DNA from: the human T2T-CHM13v2.0 reference genome, Homo sapiens
NCBI RefSeq assembly: GCF_009914755.1
Contig: NC_060941.1
DNA: 64,000 bases
Direction: 5' to 3' (one strand)
Shown here: one piece after another, positions 41,731 through 64,000 of the stretch
Position numbering within the stretch: the first letter of the stretch is position 1
Layout of the letters: the number at the start of each line of letters is the position of its first letter
Notes under the pieces: generated by a model
Seen by the model: only the letters and a program-made list of their open reading frames with translations
Databases searched by the model: none
Told to the model about the DNA's origin: nothing
Program-made: the position numbers and the translations under genes

Positions 41731-44700
41731 TATAATGACAGAAAACTTTCCAAATCTGTAAAGAGAAAAAAAAAACACTCAGATCCATTAAGCCCAAAGA
41801 ATTCCATATACATTGAGAATAAAGAGGTCTTCACCAAGACACATTATAATCAAATAGTCAAAAATCAAAGACAAAGAAAGAATTTTCTTCCTTTTGTTTT
41901 GTTTTAATTATTTTTTATCTCCTCAAATTCCTTTTACCAGAGAATTTTTAAAGCAGCAAAAGAAAAACAACTCAACACATACAAAGAAACCTCCACAAGA
42001 TTATCAGTGGGTTTCTCACCAAAAACCCTGCAGACCAAGATAGAGTGGAATGATATACTCAAAGTGCTGGAAGAAAAAAAACTGCCAACCAAAAACATAC
42101 TCAGCAAAGCCATCTTTCAAAAAGGAAAGAAAGATAAAGACCTTCCCAGACAAACCAAAACTGAGGAAGTTCATCACCCCTGGACTTGCCTTACAAGAAA
42201 TATGAAAGGGAGACCTTCAAGTTGAAATGAAGGAATATGTATCAGCAACATGAAAACATACACTCACTGATAAAGGTAAGTATATAGTCAAACTCACAAT
42301 TCTCTAATACCATGATGATGGTATATAGTTCGATACACAATATAAAAAGCTGTAAATTGTGATATAAATAATATAAAATGTGGGGGGAGGAGTAAAAGTA
42401 TATAGTCTTTGTATGTAATAAAAATTAAGTTGTTATCAGCTTAAAATAGACTATTACAACTACAAGATGTTTTATGTAAGCCTCGTGGTAATCACAAAAA
42501 AAATCCTGTAGTAGATACACAAAAGATAAAAAGAAAACAATCAAAGCATACCACCACAAACAATAATAATAATAAAGCCACAAAGGAAGACAACGAGAGA
42601 GGAAGAAAGGAACTACAATTAACAAAATAGCAATAGTAAGTCCTTACCTATCAATTATTACTTTAAATGTATATAGACTAAATTCTCTCATTAAGAGGCA
42701 TACAGTGGATAAACGGAATTTTTTTTTTTTTTTTTTGAGATGGAGTCTCGCTGTCTCACCCAGGCTGGAGTGCAGTGGCCTGATCTCAGCTCACTGCAAC
42801 CTCCACCTCCCAGGTTCAAGCAATTCTCTGCCTCAGCCTCCCGAGTAGCTGGGATTACAGGCACCCACCACCATGCCCAGCTAATTTTTGTATTTTTAGT
42901 AGAGATGGGGTTTCACCATCTTGGCCAGGCTGCTGTTGAACTCCTGACCTGGTGATCCACCTGCCTTGGCCTCCCAAAGTGCTGGGATTACAGGCCTGAG
43001 CCACTGCACCGGGTCAATAAATGGACTTTTAAAAATAAGACCCAACTATATACTGTCTACAAGAGACTCACTTTAGATTTAAGGACACAAATAGCCTGAA
43101 AGTGAATGGATGAAAAACACATCCCATAAAAATGATAACCAAAGAGAGCAAAGGTGGCTATACTTACATGTGACAAAATAGACTTCAGGTCAAAAACTGT
43201 CATAAGAGACAAAGAAGGTCATTATATATACTAACAAAAGGGTCAATTCATCAGGAAGACATAAAACAGCAATACATAATAGAAGAAATCAATACCCCCA
43301 CTCAACAATGGTTGGATCATCCAGACAGAAAATAAATAAGGAAACAGTGGAATTAAACACTAGATACCAAACAGATCCAATGAACATATACGTGACATTC
43401 TATCCAACAGAAGCAAAATACACATTCTTCTTAAGCCCACATGGAACATTCTCCAGGATAGATCACATGTTAAGCAACAAAATAAGTCTTAACAAATTTA
43501 CGAAGATTGAAATCATATGAAATATCTTTTCCAATCACATTGAAATGAAACTAGGAATAATAGGAGGAAAATTGGAAAACTCACAAATATGCAGAAATTA
43601 AGCAACACACTCCTGAAAAACCAATGGGTCAAAGAAGAAATTAAAAGAAGAGACAAAAATATCTTGAGACAAACAAACAAACAAACAAAAACCAAAATGG
43701 GATGTATGGGATGCAGCAAAAGCAGTTATTGGAGGGAAGTTTATAGCAACAAATGATTACGTTAATAAAAGAAAAGATCTCACATAAACAACCTAAAGTT
43801 ACACCCCAAAGAAATACAAAAATAAGAACAAAGCCCAAAGTTAGCAAAAGGAATAATAAAATTTAGACCAGAAATAAATGAAATAGAGACTAGAAAAATA
43901 ATAAAGAGAAATCAATGAAACAAAGAGTTGGGTTTTTGAAAAACACAAAATTGACAAACCTTTAGCTAAACTAAGAAAGAGATGAGATATAAATAAAATT
44001 ATATATGAAGGATGAGTCATTCCAACTGATACCATGAAAATACAAAGGATCAGAAGAGGTTACTGTGAGCAATTATACACCAACAAATTGGGTAGCATAA
44101 AAAAATGGATAAATTCTCAGAACTTACAACCTACAAAAACTAAGTCAGGAGAAATACAAAATCTGAACAGAGCACTAACAAAGACTAGATGGCTTCACTG
44201 GTGAATTCTACAAACCTTTAAAAAGAATTAATGCCAATCTTTCTCAGTTTTTTCCAAAAATTAAAGAGGAGGGAACACTTCTAAACTGTTTCTACAAGAC
44301 CAGCATTACCCTGATCCCAAAGCCAGATAAGAACACTACAAGAAAAGAAAAATACAAGACAATATCCCTGATAAACACAAATGCAAGAATCCTCAACAAA
44401 ATACTAGCAAACAAAATTCAACAATCCATTAAAAGAATAATACACCATGATCAAGTTAGATTTATTCCTGGGATGCGAAAATGGTTCAAAATACACAAAT
44501 CAATAAATGTGATCCATATTACAGTAACAGAATGAAGGATAAAAATGATCATCTCAATAGATACAGAAAAGCATCTGACAAAACTTAGCATCTTTTCATG
44601 ATAAAATCTTTTTACAAATTAAGTACTGAACAATGTAACTCAACATAAGAAGGCCATACATGACAAGCCCACAGCTAGCATCATACTCAACAGTGAAAGT

Positions 44701-45157
44701 CAAGTTTTCCTCTAAGACCAGGAACAAGACAAGGATATCCATTCTCACCACTTCTATTCAACATAGTACTAGAAGGCCTAGCCAGAGCAATTAGGCAAGA
44801 AAAAGAATGAAATGGCATCCAAATAGAAAAGGAAGAAGTTAAATTGTCTCATTTGCTAACATGATCTTATATGTAGAAAACCCTAAAGATTCCACCAAAA
44901 AAACTGCTAAAACTAATAAATGAATTCAGTAAAGTTGCAGGATACAAAAACCAACCTACAGTATCAGTAGCATTTCTACACCCTGACAACGAACTATCCA
45001 AAAAAGAAATTAAGATAACAATTCCATCTACAATAACATCAGGAAGAATAAAATACTTAGGAATACACTTAAATAAGGAGGTGAAAGACCTATACACTGA
45101 AAACTATAAAACATTAATGAAATATATTGGAAAGTCACAAATAAATGGAAAGATATC

Positions 45158-45917
45158 TGCAGGACAGTTATTTAGGGAGGAGGTAGACTTGCACTGACTT
45201 AGTTCTTCCCCTTTCTTGCTTGTAGTTCCCAAGAATAACTATAAAATGTGCTGGGAATTCGCCATCCTGAGATAAGGAGTTGGCCAGAATAGCCCAGGCT
45301 CTATTCCAGTCTCCCCTAGAAATAAGATGTCCTTCAGTGATTTAGCCCAGTATGTCACATACCCCAGGGTATTAAAAAAAAGCCAGCCAGGTGCAGTGGC
45401 TCATACCTGTAATCCCAGCACTTTGGGAGGCCAGGAGTTTGAGACCAGCCTGGGCAACAGGGCGAAACCCCATCTTTACTAAAAATACAAAAATTAACCA
45501 GGCCTGATGGCACACTCATGTAGTCCCAGCTATACAGGAGGCTGAGGCAGGAGAATCCCTTGAACCCAGGAGGCGGAGGTTGCACTGAGCCAAGATCATG
45601 CCACTGCACTCCAGTCTGGGCAACAGAGTGAGACTCTGTCTCCAAAAAAAAAAAAAAAAAGCCAGGGCAGGCTGCTTTTTTTGAGGAGGTCCCTCAGCTG
45701 CAATGCAGGTGGAGCATGCACATATGACACTCCATCCACCACAAGCAGTTTTCCAGAGACTCCGGGAATGCTTGCAATGAACACTGGGTTTCTGTTGTCC
45801 CTTGCTGCCTATCTGTAGGTAATAAATCCACTATATTTAATTTGCTGCGTATAAGTGTGTTCAGTCTTACTGGACTCAGGGAAGTTGGTAATCAGTGCAC
45901 AGTAAACCTATTCCACA
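45158..45917 (+). mobile_element. ERVL-type solo LTR (LTR47-like) with an internally deleted Alu (45385-45660)
   Basis: tgcaggacag...aataaatcc...ccaca; TSD atatc/aaatc within L1 ORF2. Confidence 0.7.
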
Positions 45918-46499
45918 AAATCCCATGTCCATGAATAGGAAAAATCAATATTATCAAAATGTCTCTACTACCCAAAGTGATCTAAAGATTCGCTGCAACC
46001 CCTTTCAAAATTCCAATGGCATTTTTCACTGAAATAGAAAAAAGAAATCCTAAAACTTGTATTGAGCTACAAAAGACTTCTAATATCTAAAGAAATTGTG
46101 AGCAAAAACAAAAGAGCTGAACATAAACATTAAAAAAAATGAAATTAGACCTTATTTATAACATACACAAAAGTCAACTCAAAATGGATTAAAGACTTAA
46201 ATGTAAGACCTGAAATCATAAAAATGTTAGAAGAAAACATACAGGAAAGCTCTATGACATTGGTTTTGACAATAATTTGGGGGGTCCATCAAAATCCATA
46301 TCCATTTTTGGATATGGTACCAAAAGCACAAGCAACAACAGCAAAAATAAATAGAATTATATCAAACTAAAAAGTTTCTACACAGCAAAGAAAACAATCA
46401 ACAAAATGAAAAGGCAACCACAGAATGGGAGAAAACATTTGCATACCATGTATCTGATAAGGGGTTAATATTCCAAATGTATAAGGAACTCATACAACT

Positions 46500-46537
<38 letters not shown>

Positions 46538-46785
46538 GTTTAAAGTGGGCAAAATACCTGAATAAACATTTTTCCAAAGGAGACATACAAATGCCCAACA
46601 GGTATATAAAAAGGTGTTGAACATCAGTCATCATCAAGGAAATGCAAATCAAAATCACAGTGAGACATAATCTCATACCTGTTAGCATGAGTATTATCAA
46701 AAATTCAAAAATAACAAATGTCGGTCAGGCGCGGTGGCTCACGCCTGTAATCCCAGCACTTTGGGAAGACGAGGTGGGCAGATTA

Positions 46786-47109
<324 letters not shown>

Positions 47110-47218
47110 CTATTATATGGCATACCGCCTGTAGCTAACGATGCTGTATTTTGTACTTAAAATTGCTAAAAGAGTAGATTTTATGGTAAGTGTTCTTGCC
47201 AAAAAAAAAAAAGAGCCA

Positions 47219-47248
47219 CACATCATCATCATCATCATCATCATTATC
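47219..47248 (+). repeat. (CAT)n microsatellite
   Basis: catcatcatcatcatcatcatcattatcac. Confidence 0.9.
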
Positions 47249-47465
47249 ACAGAAGGGGACAGGAGGAAACTTTGGGAGATGACGATGGGTTTGATGGTAG
47301 TGTTGGTTTCACAGGCATATATTTAACTGCAAATTCATTGATATGTGATAATTAAATAGGAATAGCTTTTCATATCAATCATACCTGAATAAAAGTAGTC
47401 TAAAGACTTCAGTATTAACTTCTCATTGAAAACTCCCCTGACTCTTCCAATCTCTGTGCTCCTAG

Positions 47466-47671
<206 letters not shown>

Positions 47672-47869
47672 TAGTACAGACGGGGTTTCTCCATGTTGGT
47701 CAGGCTGGTCTCAAACTCCCGACCTCAGGTGATCCACCCGCCTCGGCCTCCCAAAGTGCTGGGATTACAGGCATGAGCCACCGCACCTGGCCATGCCAGT
47801 CAGGATTCTTACACATTTTATTTGTGTTTTCACTGCAAGGCTTCTTTTCCCAGTAGACAGTGGGTCATA

Positions 47870-48115
47870 ATAATAGTAGTTATTATCATACACTAAACCA
47901 GTGCTTACTAGTTACTATTCCGATCATTTCACTTGTATTGACCTTTAATTTTCGCAAAAATCATTCAGGGTAGGTACTTTTCTTCACAATTTACAAATGA
48001 AGCAACTGAGGCACAAAGATGAAATAACTTTCCCAAGATGACACATCTAGTAATAACGGAGACAGAATTGCAAACACGGGTGGTCTGGATCCATGGTCTG
48101 CGCTCTCAACAACTA
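47870..48115 (-). mobile_element. MIR SINE
   Basis: MIR core tttacaaatgaagcaactgaggcacaaagatgaaataactttcccaagatgacacatctag. Confidence 0.75.
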
Positions 48116-48379
48116 CTCTACGCACAACAGCTTCTCCACACAAAGTGCTGCGTGCTTGGCTGCAACCGCTGCCTAACGTCATTTTAAGGTTTGCCAAATG
48201 TATTTGTCTAAAGAATGCATTTTAAGTTGTAATACATCGATGAAAAGTCAACAAGGATTCAAGATATGTACTATATGGCTGAGTTTTAAAAGGAAAAAAA
48301 GAATAAAAAACTATAGAAAGGAGGGAAAGAGGAAGAGAAGGAAGAAGGCAAAAGAAGGATAGAGGGATAGAGAGAGGAA

Positions 48380-54310
<5,931 letters not shown>

Positions 54311-54404
54311 AAAATCCCTTTACAAAACATTAGAAAGATAATCAAATTATATCATTTTATGAAAAAGAAAAGAACAAAATAATTTAAGATACAGTAAAAT
54401 ATTT

Positions 54405-55660
<1,256 letters not shown>

Positions 55661-55727
55661 AGGAGATGCCAAATCAAGGTGGCTGACTTTAAAGGACCTC
55701 CTCTGGGAGCTGGTGGACAGAACTGTC

Positions 55728-56145
55728 GATATGATTTGAATATCCGGCCCCTCCAAATCTCATGCTGAAATGTGACCCCCAGTGTTGGAGGTGGGCCTAC
55801 TGGGAGGTGTTTGGGTCATAGGCGCAGATCCCTAGTGAATGGCTTGGTGCCATCCTTGAAGTAATGAGTGGTAATGAGTTCATACAAGATCTGGTTGTTT
55901 CAAAGCTTGTGATACCTTCTTGCTCACTCTCTCTTGCTTGCTCTCTTGCCATATGACATGCCTGCTCTCCCTTTGCCTTCCAACATGATTGGAAGCTTCC
56001 TGAGGCCCTCACCAAAAGCAGAAGCTGGCACTATGCTTCTTACACAGCCTGCAGAACTGTGAGCCAAATAAACCTCTTTTGTTTATAAATTACCCAGCCT
56101 CAGGTATTCCCTAATAGCAACACAAAGCAGACTAATGCTAACACA
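55728..56145 (+). mobile_element. MSTB-type solo LTR
   Basis: gatatgatttgaatatccggcccctccaaatctcatgctgaaatgtg...; 5-bp TSD actgt. Confidence 0.88.
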
Positions 56146-56187
56146 ACTGTCTTCTATCCCTCCTAAGATTAATAGGCAGGAACCAAG

Positions 56188-56200
56188 ATAATAATAATAA

Positions 56201-56232
<32 letters not shown>
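56188..56232 (+). repeat. (TAA)n microsatellite
   Basis: ataataataataaaataataataataataataataataataat. Confidence 0.9.
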
Positions 56233-56234
<2 letters not shown>

Positions 56235-56332
56235 TATCCAGAAAAAAAGGGGATGACTACTTCCAACTACATGAAAAATTTTAAAAGAAATATTAAATAG
56301 TGAGTCAACATGAAACTATAAGGCCATCACTA

Positions 56333-56773
<441 letters not shown>

Positions 56774-57227
56774 TCAAAAAAAAAAAAAAAAAAAAAACCC
56801 AGGTATGAGGATAGCAAGAAATTCACTCCACATGCAAACTCACTTGCACAAATCCTGGACTGCCAGGAAGAACGCCACTCACAGGCTGGTACATTGTTTG
56901 AAGTCAGTAGTTTTTTAGCCACAGTCTACAGCTGCCCAGGTGCTCCAGCCTAGAGACCGTACCTCTGCCTCACCTCTGGCCTTACTCAGGACTCTTTTGT
57001 CTACGTGTAACAGAAAGTGAATTCAAAGTGGCTTTTAAAAATAGGCATTTTTAGGCTGGTGCAGTGGCTTACACCTGTAATCCCAGCTGTCTGGGAGGCC
57101 AAGGTGGGTGGATCACCTGAGGTCAGGTGTTCGAGACCAACCTGGCCAACATGGCGAAACCCTGTCTTTACTAAAAATACAAAATTAGCCGGGCAGGGTA
57201 GCACATGCCTATAATCCCAGCTACTCA

Positions 57228-57332
<105 letters not shown>

Positions 57333-58712
57333 TCAAAAAAATAAAAAATACCAAAATAAAATAAAATAGGCATTCTTGTCTCACCTAAGTTGGAGGGAAA
57401 CAGAAAAAAAGAACAATAAAAATAAAAGGAAATTATTGGTTCCTATAACATAAAAGGTCAGGGTTAGTCTGACCTCAGGCATGGCTGCATCAGGGGGTTC
57501 AAAGAATATCATCAGGACGAAGGCTCACTCTCTTGCTCCCTCTCCGTGACCTCAATTTGCTTTCCTGTCTGTTGGCTTTATTCTCTGACAGGCTTTCTCC
57601 AAGAGGGTCACTGGAGTCAACAGGCCTGTAGTCTACCAGCTTGGCAGCCACCATGGAAACACAAAGATTTCATTCTATTTCCATCAAAGCCCCAGAAAAA
57701 GCCTCGTTAGCTCTGATTAGCCCATCTTGGACCATATGTCCATCTTTGAACCAATCACTGTCCAAGAAGATGTGATACTCTCATTGACCAGTGTTCAATG
57801 GGGACCTACTCTCCTAGCAGTAGACTAGCAGAAAAATAGTAGGACACCCTGAGATTCACCGGAAATATCATATGTGAGTAAAAGCAACAACAGCCAAAGA
57901 GAACAGGAATCTCTGGCTGACTGAGCAGGTTTTCAGGCTTTGTTCTTCCAAAGATAATAAGAAGTGCTAACCCATAAAACTTAACAAGCCTCTCTAAGGA
58001 ATCCGGAGTTGTTATGAGTTATTATATGTAAAAAGCACTTAGAAAAATGTCTGGCCCAAAGTAAGTACTGTAGAGCTGTTAGCGAACATCACGGAAGAAG
58101 GATCCTGGAGAATGGAAAAGAACATATTCTAGTAGTCAGGGTGGAGGCACAGAATTGTTTAAATATTAAAAGGAGTGTAACCTAATTTTGTAACAAACTG
58201 GTGAAGCAGGATATATGAGTTAAACTACTTTTTGCTTCTTTGATTCATAATTTGAGAATGACAAAACTGTTTTAAAATAAATCTTTTCCGTCACCAACGC
58301 AAGGGGATTTGATGTAAAATAAAATATCTGGCCAGGTGCGGTGGCTCATGCCTGTAATCCCAGCACTTTGGGAGGCTGAGGCGGAAGGATCCCTTGAGTC
58401 CAGGAGTTGGAGACCAGCCTGGGTAACCATAGGTTGACCCCATCTCTACAAAAATAAGAAAATTAGCTGAGCGTGGTGATGCCTGCCTATGGTTTCAGCT
58501 ACTTGGGAGGCTAAGCCAGGAAGATCACTTGAGGCCAGGAGATTGAGGCTGCAGTGAGCTATGATCACATCACCACACTCCAGCCTAGGTGACAGAGTGA
58601 GACCCTGTCTCAAAAAAAAAAAAAAAAGGAGAAGAAGAACAAAATATCCAATACTGGTTATAAGATGATGAACTAATAGATACTGCAGTCTACCCTTCTA
58701 CACCAAATTCTA

Positions 58713-59540
<828 letters not shown>

Positions 59541-59761
59541 ATACTAGGTTAGATGGAAAGGGGAACTGTAGCCTACAGTACCTGCAGGAATACATAGAAG
59601 ACTTCTCCCTCAGGAGGAAGCAAGAGCATGCCCTGAGGCGTGGTAACCACAGGAAGCACTCCACAGGGAGTATGGAGCCGTCACACCCAGCACACACGCC
59701 TCCCATACACCTCACAAGCAGCCCAACCCACCCACTCCCAACTTTCAGGGAAAACAAATAC

Positions 59762-60773
59762 CTATCGGCCGGGCGCGGTGGCTCACGCCTGTAATCCCAG
59801 CACTTTGTGGGGCCAAGGAGGGCAGATCACGAGGTCAGGGATCGAGACCATCCTGGCTAACATGGTGAAACCTCGTCTCTACTAAAAAATACAAAAAATT
59901 AGCCAGGCGTGGTGGCAGGCACCTGTAGTCCCAGCTACTCAGGAGGCTGAGGCAGGAGAATGGCGTGAACCTAAGAGGCGGAGCTTGCAGTGAGCTGAAT
60001 GGCGTCACTGCACTCCATCATGGGCGACAGAGCGAGACTCCATCTCAAAAAAAAAAGAAAGAAAATAAATACCTATCAACCCATTGCCTAGGTATTATGC
60101 CCAGCAATGCATTTGCTCTTTTTCCTAATGCTCTCCCCGCAACCTCCGCCCTCTCCTGACAGGCCCCAATGTGTGTTGTTCCCGTCCCTGTGTCCACATG
60201 TTCTCACTATTGAGCTTCCACTTACAAGTGACAACATGCGATGTTTGATTTTCTCTTCCTGAGTTAGTTTGCTGAGGATAATGGTTTCCAGCTTCATCTG
60301 TGTCCCTGCAAAGGACATGATCTTGTTCCTTTTTATGGCTGCATAGTATTCCGTGGTGTATATACCACAGTTTCTTTATCCAGTCTATCATTGATGGGCA
60401 TTTGGGTTGACTCCATGTCTTTGCTATTGTGAACAGTGCTGCAATGAACATATGTGTGTATGTATCTTTATAGCAGAATGATTTATATTCCTTTGGGAAT
60501 ATACTCAGTAATGGGATTGGTGGGTCAAATGGTATTTCTGGTTCTAAACCTTTGAGGAATCACCACACTGTCTTCCACAATAGTTTAACTAATTTACATT
60601 CCCACCAACAGTGTAAAAGCATTCCTATTTCTCCGCAACCTCACCAGCATTTGTTCTTAACTTTTAAATAATCACCATTATGACATGGCACACATTTGCC
60701 CATGTAACAAACCTGCACATCCTGCACATGTACCCCAGAAACTCAAATAACTTAATTTAATTTTTTTAAAAAA
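59762..60773 (+). mobile_element. L1PA8-like element with 5' inversion; AluY (59767-60060) inserted at its 5' junction
   Basis: Antisense L1 60073-60684 then sense 3' end 60684-60750; TSD gaaaa(c/t)aaatac at 59750-59761 and 60774-60785. Confidence 0.88.
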
Positions 60774-61947
60774 GAAAATAAATACAAGGTGTAACCCTGA
60801 CAGCAGTGGCAGCACCCTCTCCCCAACTGAGCTGTGAAAGCCAAGACAGCAGACAGTCTAGTAAATAACATCAACTGTAAACAGCTGTGCCCCAAAAAAA
60901 GGCTCACCAAACAGTTGAGAAGTTCCTAACACCATAAGAGAGAAACAAAGTCAAAAAATTGGAGGAACTTACACCCAATAAATTAATAAGGTATCAGGAT
61001 ATGACTTTAAAAATAAGTATAATGAATATCTTCCAAGAGGTAAGTGTGGGTAGTATAATCATGAAACAAGAACTGGAAGTTACTAAATGAAGCAATTAGT
61101 GATCTTCAAAGTAAAAAATGATAACTGTTGAAATTTGGCCAGGCACGGTGGCTCACGCCTGTAATCCCAGCACTTTGGGAAGCCGAGGCGGGCGGATCAC
61201 GAGGTCAGGAGATCGCGACCATCCTGGTTAACACGGTGAAACCCTGTCTCTGCTAAAAATACAAAAAATTAGCCAGACGTGGTGGCGGGCGCCTGTAGTC
61301 CCAGCTACTCGTGAGGCTGAGGCAGGAGAATGGCGTGAACTGGAAGGCAGAGCTTGCAGTGAGCCGAGATCACACCACTGCACTCCAGCCTGGGCAACAG
61401 AACAAGACTCCGTCTCAAAAAAAAAAAAAAAAAGATAACTGTTGAAATTAAAACTCAATGGCAGGATGGACAGAGCTGAAGAGCCAACTTGTGAATTGGA
61501 GGACTCAGCTAAGGAGTTCTCTGAAAGTGCACCACATAGAATAAGGCTTTGTAATGTGAGGAAGAAACATTGAAAAACATGGAGAACAGGTCCAGAAGTT
61601 CTAATCAGCTTCCAACAGTTCAAAAAGGAGGGACTAGAAAAATGGGGGGAAGGCACTATTTAAAGAAATAATGTTTTGCAGTTAATCATGAAGGAATGAA
61701 CAAATGCTCCCTTCTTCACTCTCCTCCCTCCCCACTAAAATGCCAGTTGATGGGTTAAAAAGGAAGACATAAGCCCACCAATACAAAGAGAGTTGCAAAG
61801 ATACACAAGTATATGAGAAATGGCATCTGGCTGGGCGCGGTGGCTCATGCCTGTAATCCCAGCACTTTGGGAGGCCGAGGCGGGTGGATCACCTGAGTTC
61901 AGGAGTTCGAGACCAGCCTGGCCAACAATGGAGAAACCGTGTCTCTA

Positions 61948-62109
<162 letters not shown>

Positions 62110-62289
62110 TCAAGAAAAAAAAAAAAAAAAAAAAGAAAGAAAGAAATGGCATCTATATTTTGGAAGCTGAAAGCAGATAAACAAGGGGTAATCAATTCAG
62201 CAGACCAGGGAAAGTTAAAAGTCAAATGCTTGCAGTATGTAGGAAAAGCAATAAGCACAAACCCTTAGAAAGACTCAGGAAGGGGAGTA

Positions 62290-63293
<1,004 letters not shown>

Positions 63294-64000
63294 TACCAAT
63301 AACTACTGAAGGTAGGGGTACACATGAGGCTGAACACAGTAGAATTGATTGAAAGTCTACATAAAGGCCAGGCGCGGTGGCTCACGCCTGTAATCCCAGC
63401 ACTTTGGGAGGTCAAGGCGGGTGGATTGCCTGAGGTCAGGAGTTTGAGACCAGCCTGGCCAACATGGTGAAACTCTGTCTGTACTTAAAATACCAAAAAT
63501 TAGCTGGGCGTGGTGGCGAGCACCCGTAATCCCGGCTACTCGGGAGGCTGCGGAAGGAAAATTGCTTGAACCCAGGAGGCAGAGGTTGCAGTTAGCAGAG
63601 ATCGCACCACTGCACTACAGCCTGGGGGACAAGAGCAAGACTTCGTCTCAAAAAAACAAACAAACAAAAGAAAGTCCATATAAAAAGCAAATGGCCCCCA
63701 TATTCCTTTACCATCCACTAAGTCAGGCAATTCTCCCTCCTCTCCAGCAGAAGACTAGAAGTTTATCGTCTGCTAGAGCAGAGGGGGACGCTGGACTTCG
63801 GACATCAGGTAAATGTGCCCTGTGGAACAAAAGAAAATGTAACAAAAGCAACACACTGAATGGTGACTCCCCAGTCCTCTTCAAATACTGCCAATAATGC
63901 TGATGGTTGGGCATCTACACCCCAAAAGGGAAATTAGAAGGTTGGTCTCCGAAGAAACCAAGCATCCCAATAGAAAAGACCTACAAATACTGACTGTGGG

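Overview
Primate, most likely human or great-ape, intergenic or intronic DNA (AluY and L1PA2-type insertions are present). It is almost entirely transposon-derived: roughly 45-50 Alus, many L1 fragments, solo LTRs, Tigger/mariner DNA transposons and L2/MIR. I found no intact protein-coding gene, RNA gene or CRISPR array; nearly all ORFs in the track are Alu/L1 read-throughs. Main features: (1) a processed pseudogene of the ETS transcription factor SPIC (minus strand, ~7.73-9.01 kb) that appears to share one target-site duplication (TSD) with an adjacent 5'-inverted L1; (2) a two-LTR MER51-like ERV1 provirus (17044-21367, minus) with a tRNA-Arg PBS, PPT, 4-bp TSD and gag/RNaseH/integrase remnants; (3) a heavily decayed Ty3/Gypsy-type retrotransposon in the apparently unique DNA between repeats, with candidate gag, PR, RT, RNase H and IN motifs collinear on the plus strand from ~9.2 kb to ~55.7 kb; (4) several insertion or rearrangement scars (twin-priming inversions, a probable Alu-mediated inversion-deletion, a polyadenylated MER41 LTR retrocopy). 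Family names are recalled from consensus sequences, not from a database search, and boundaries of old repeats are approximate.
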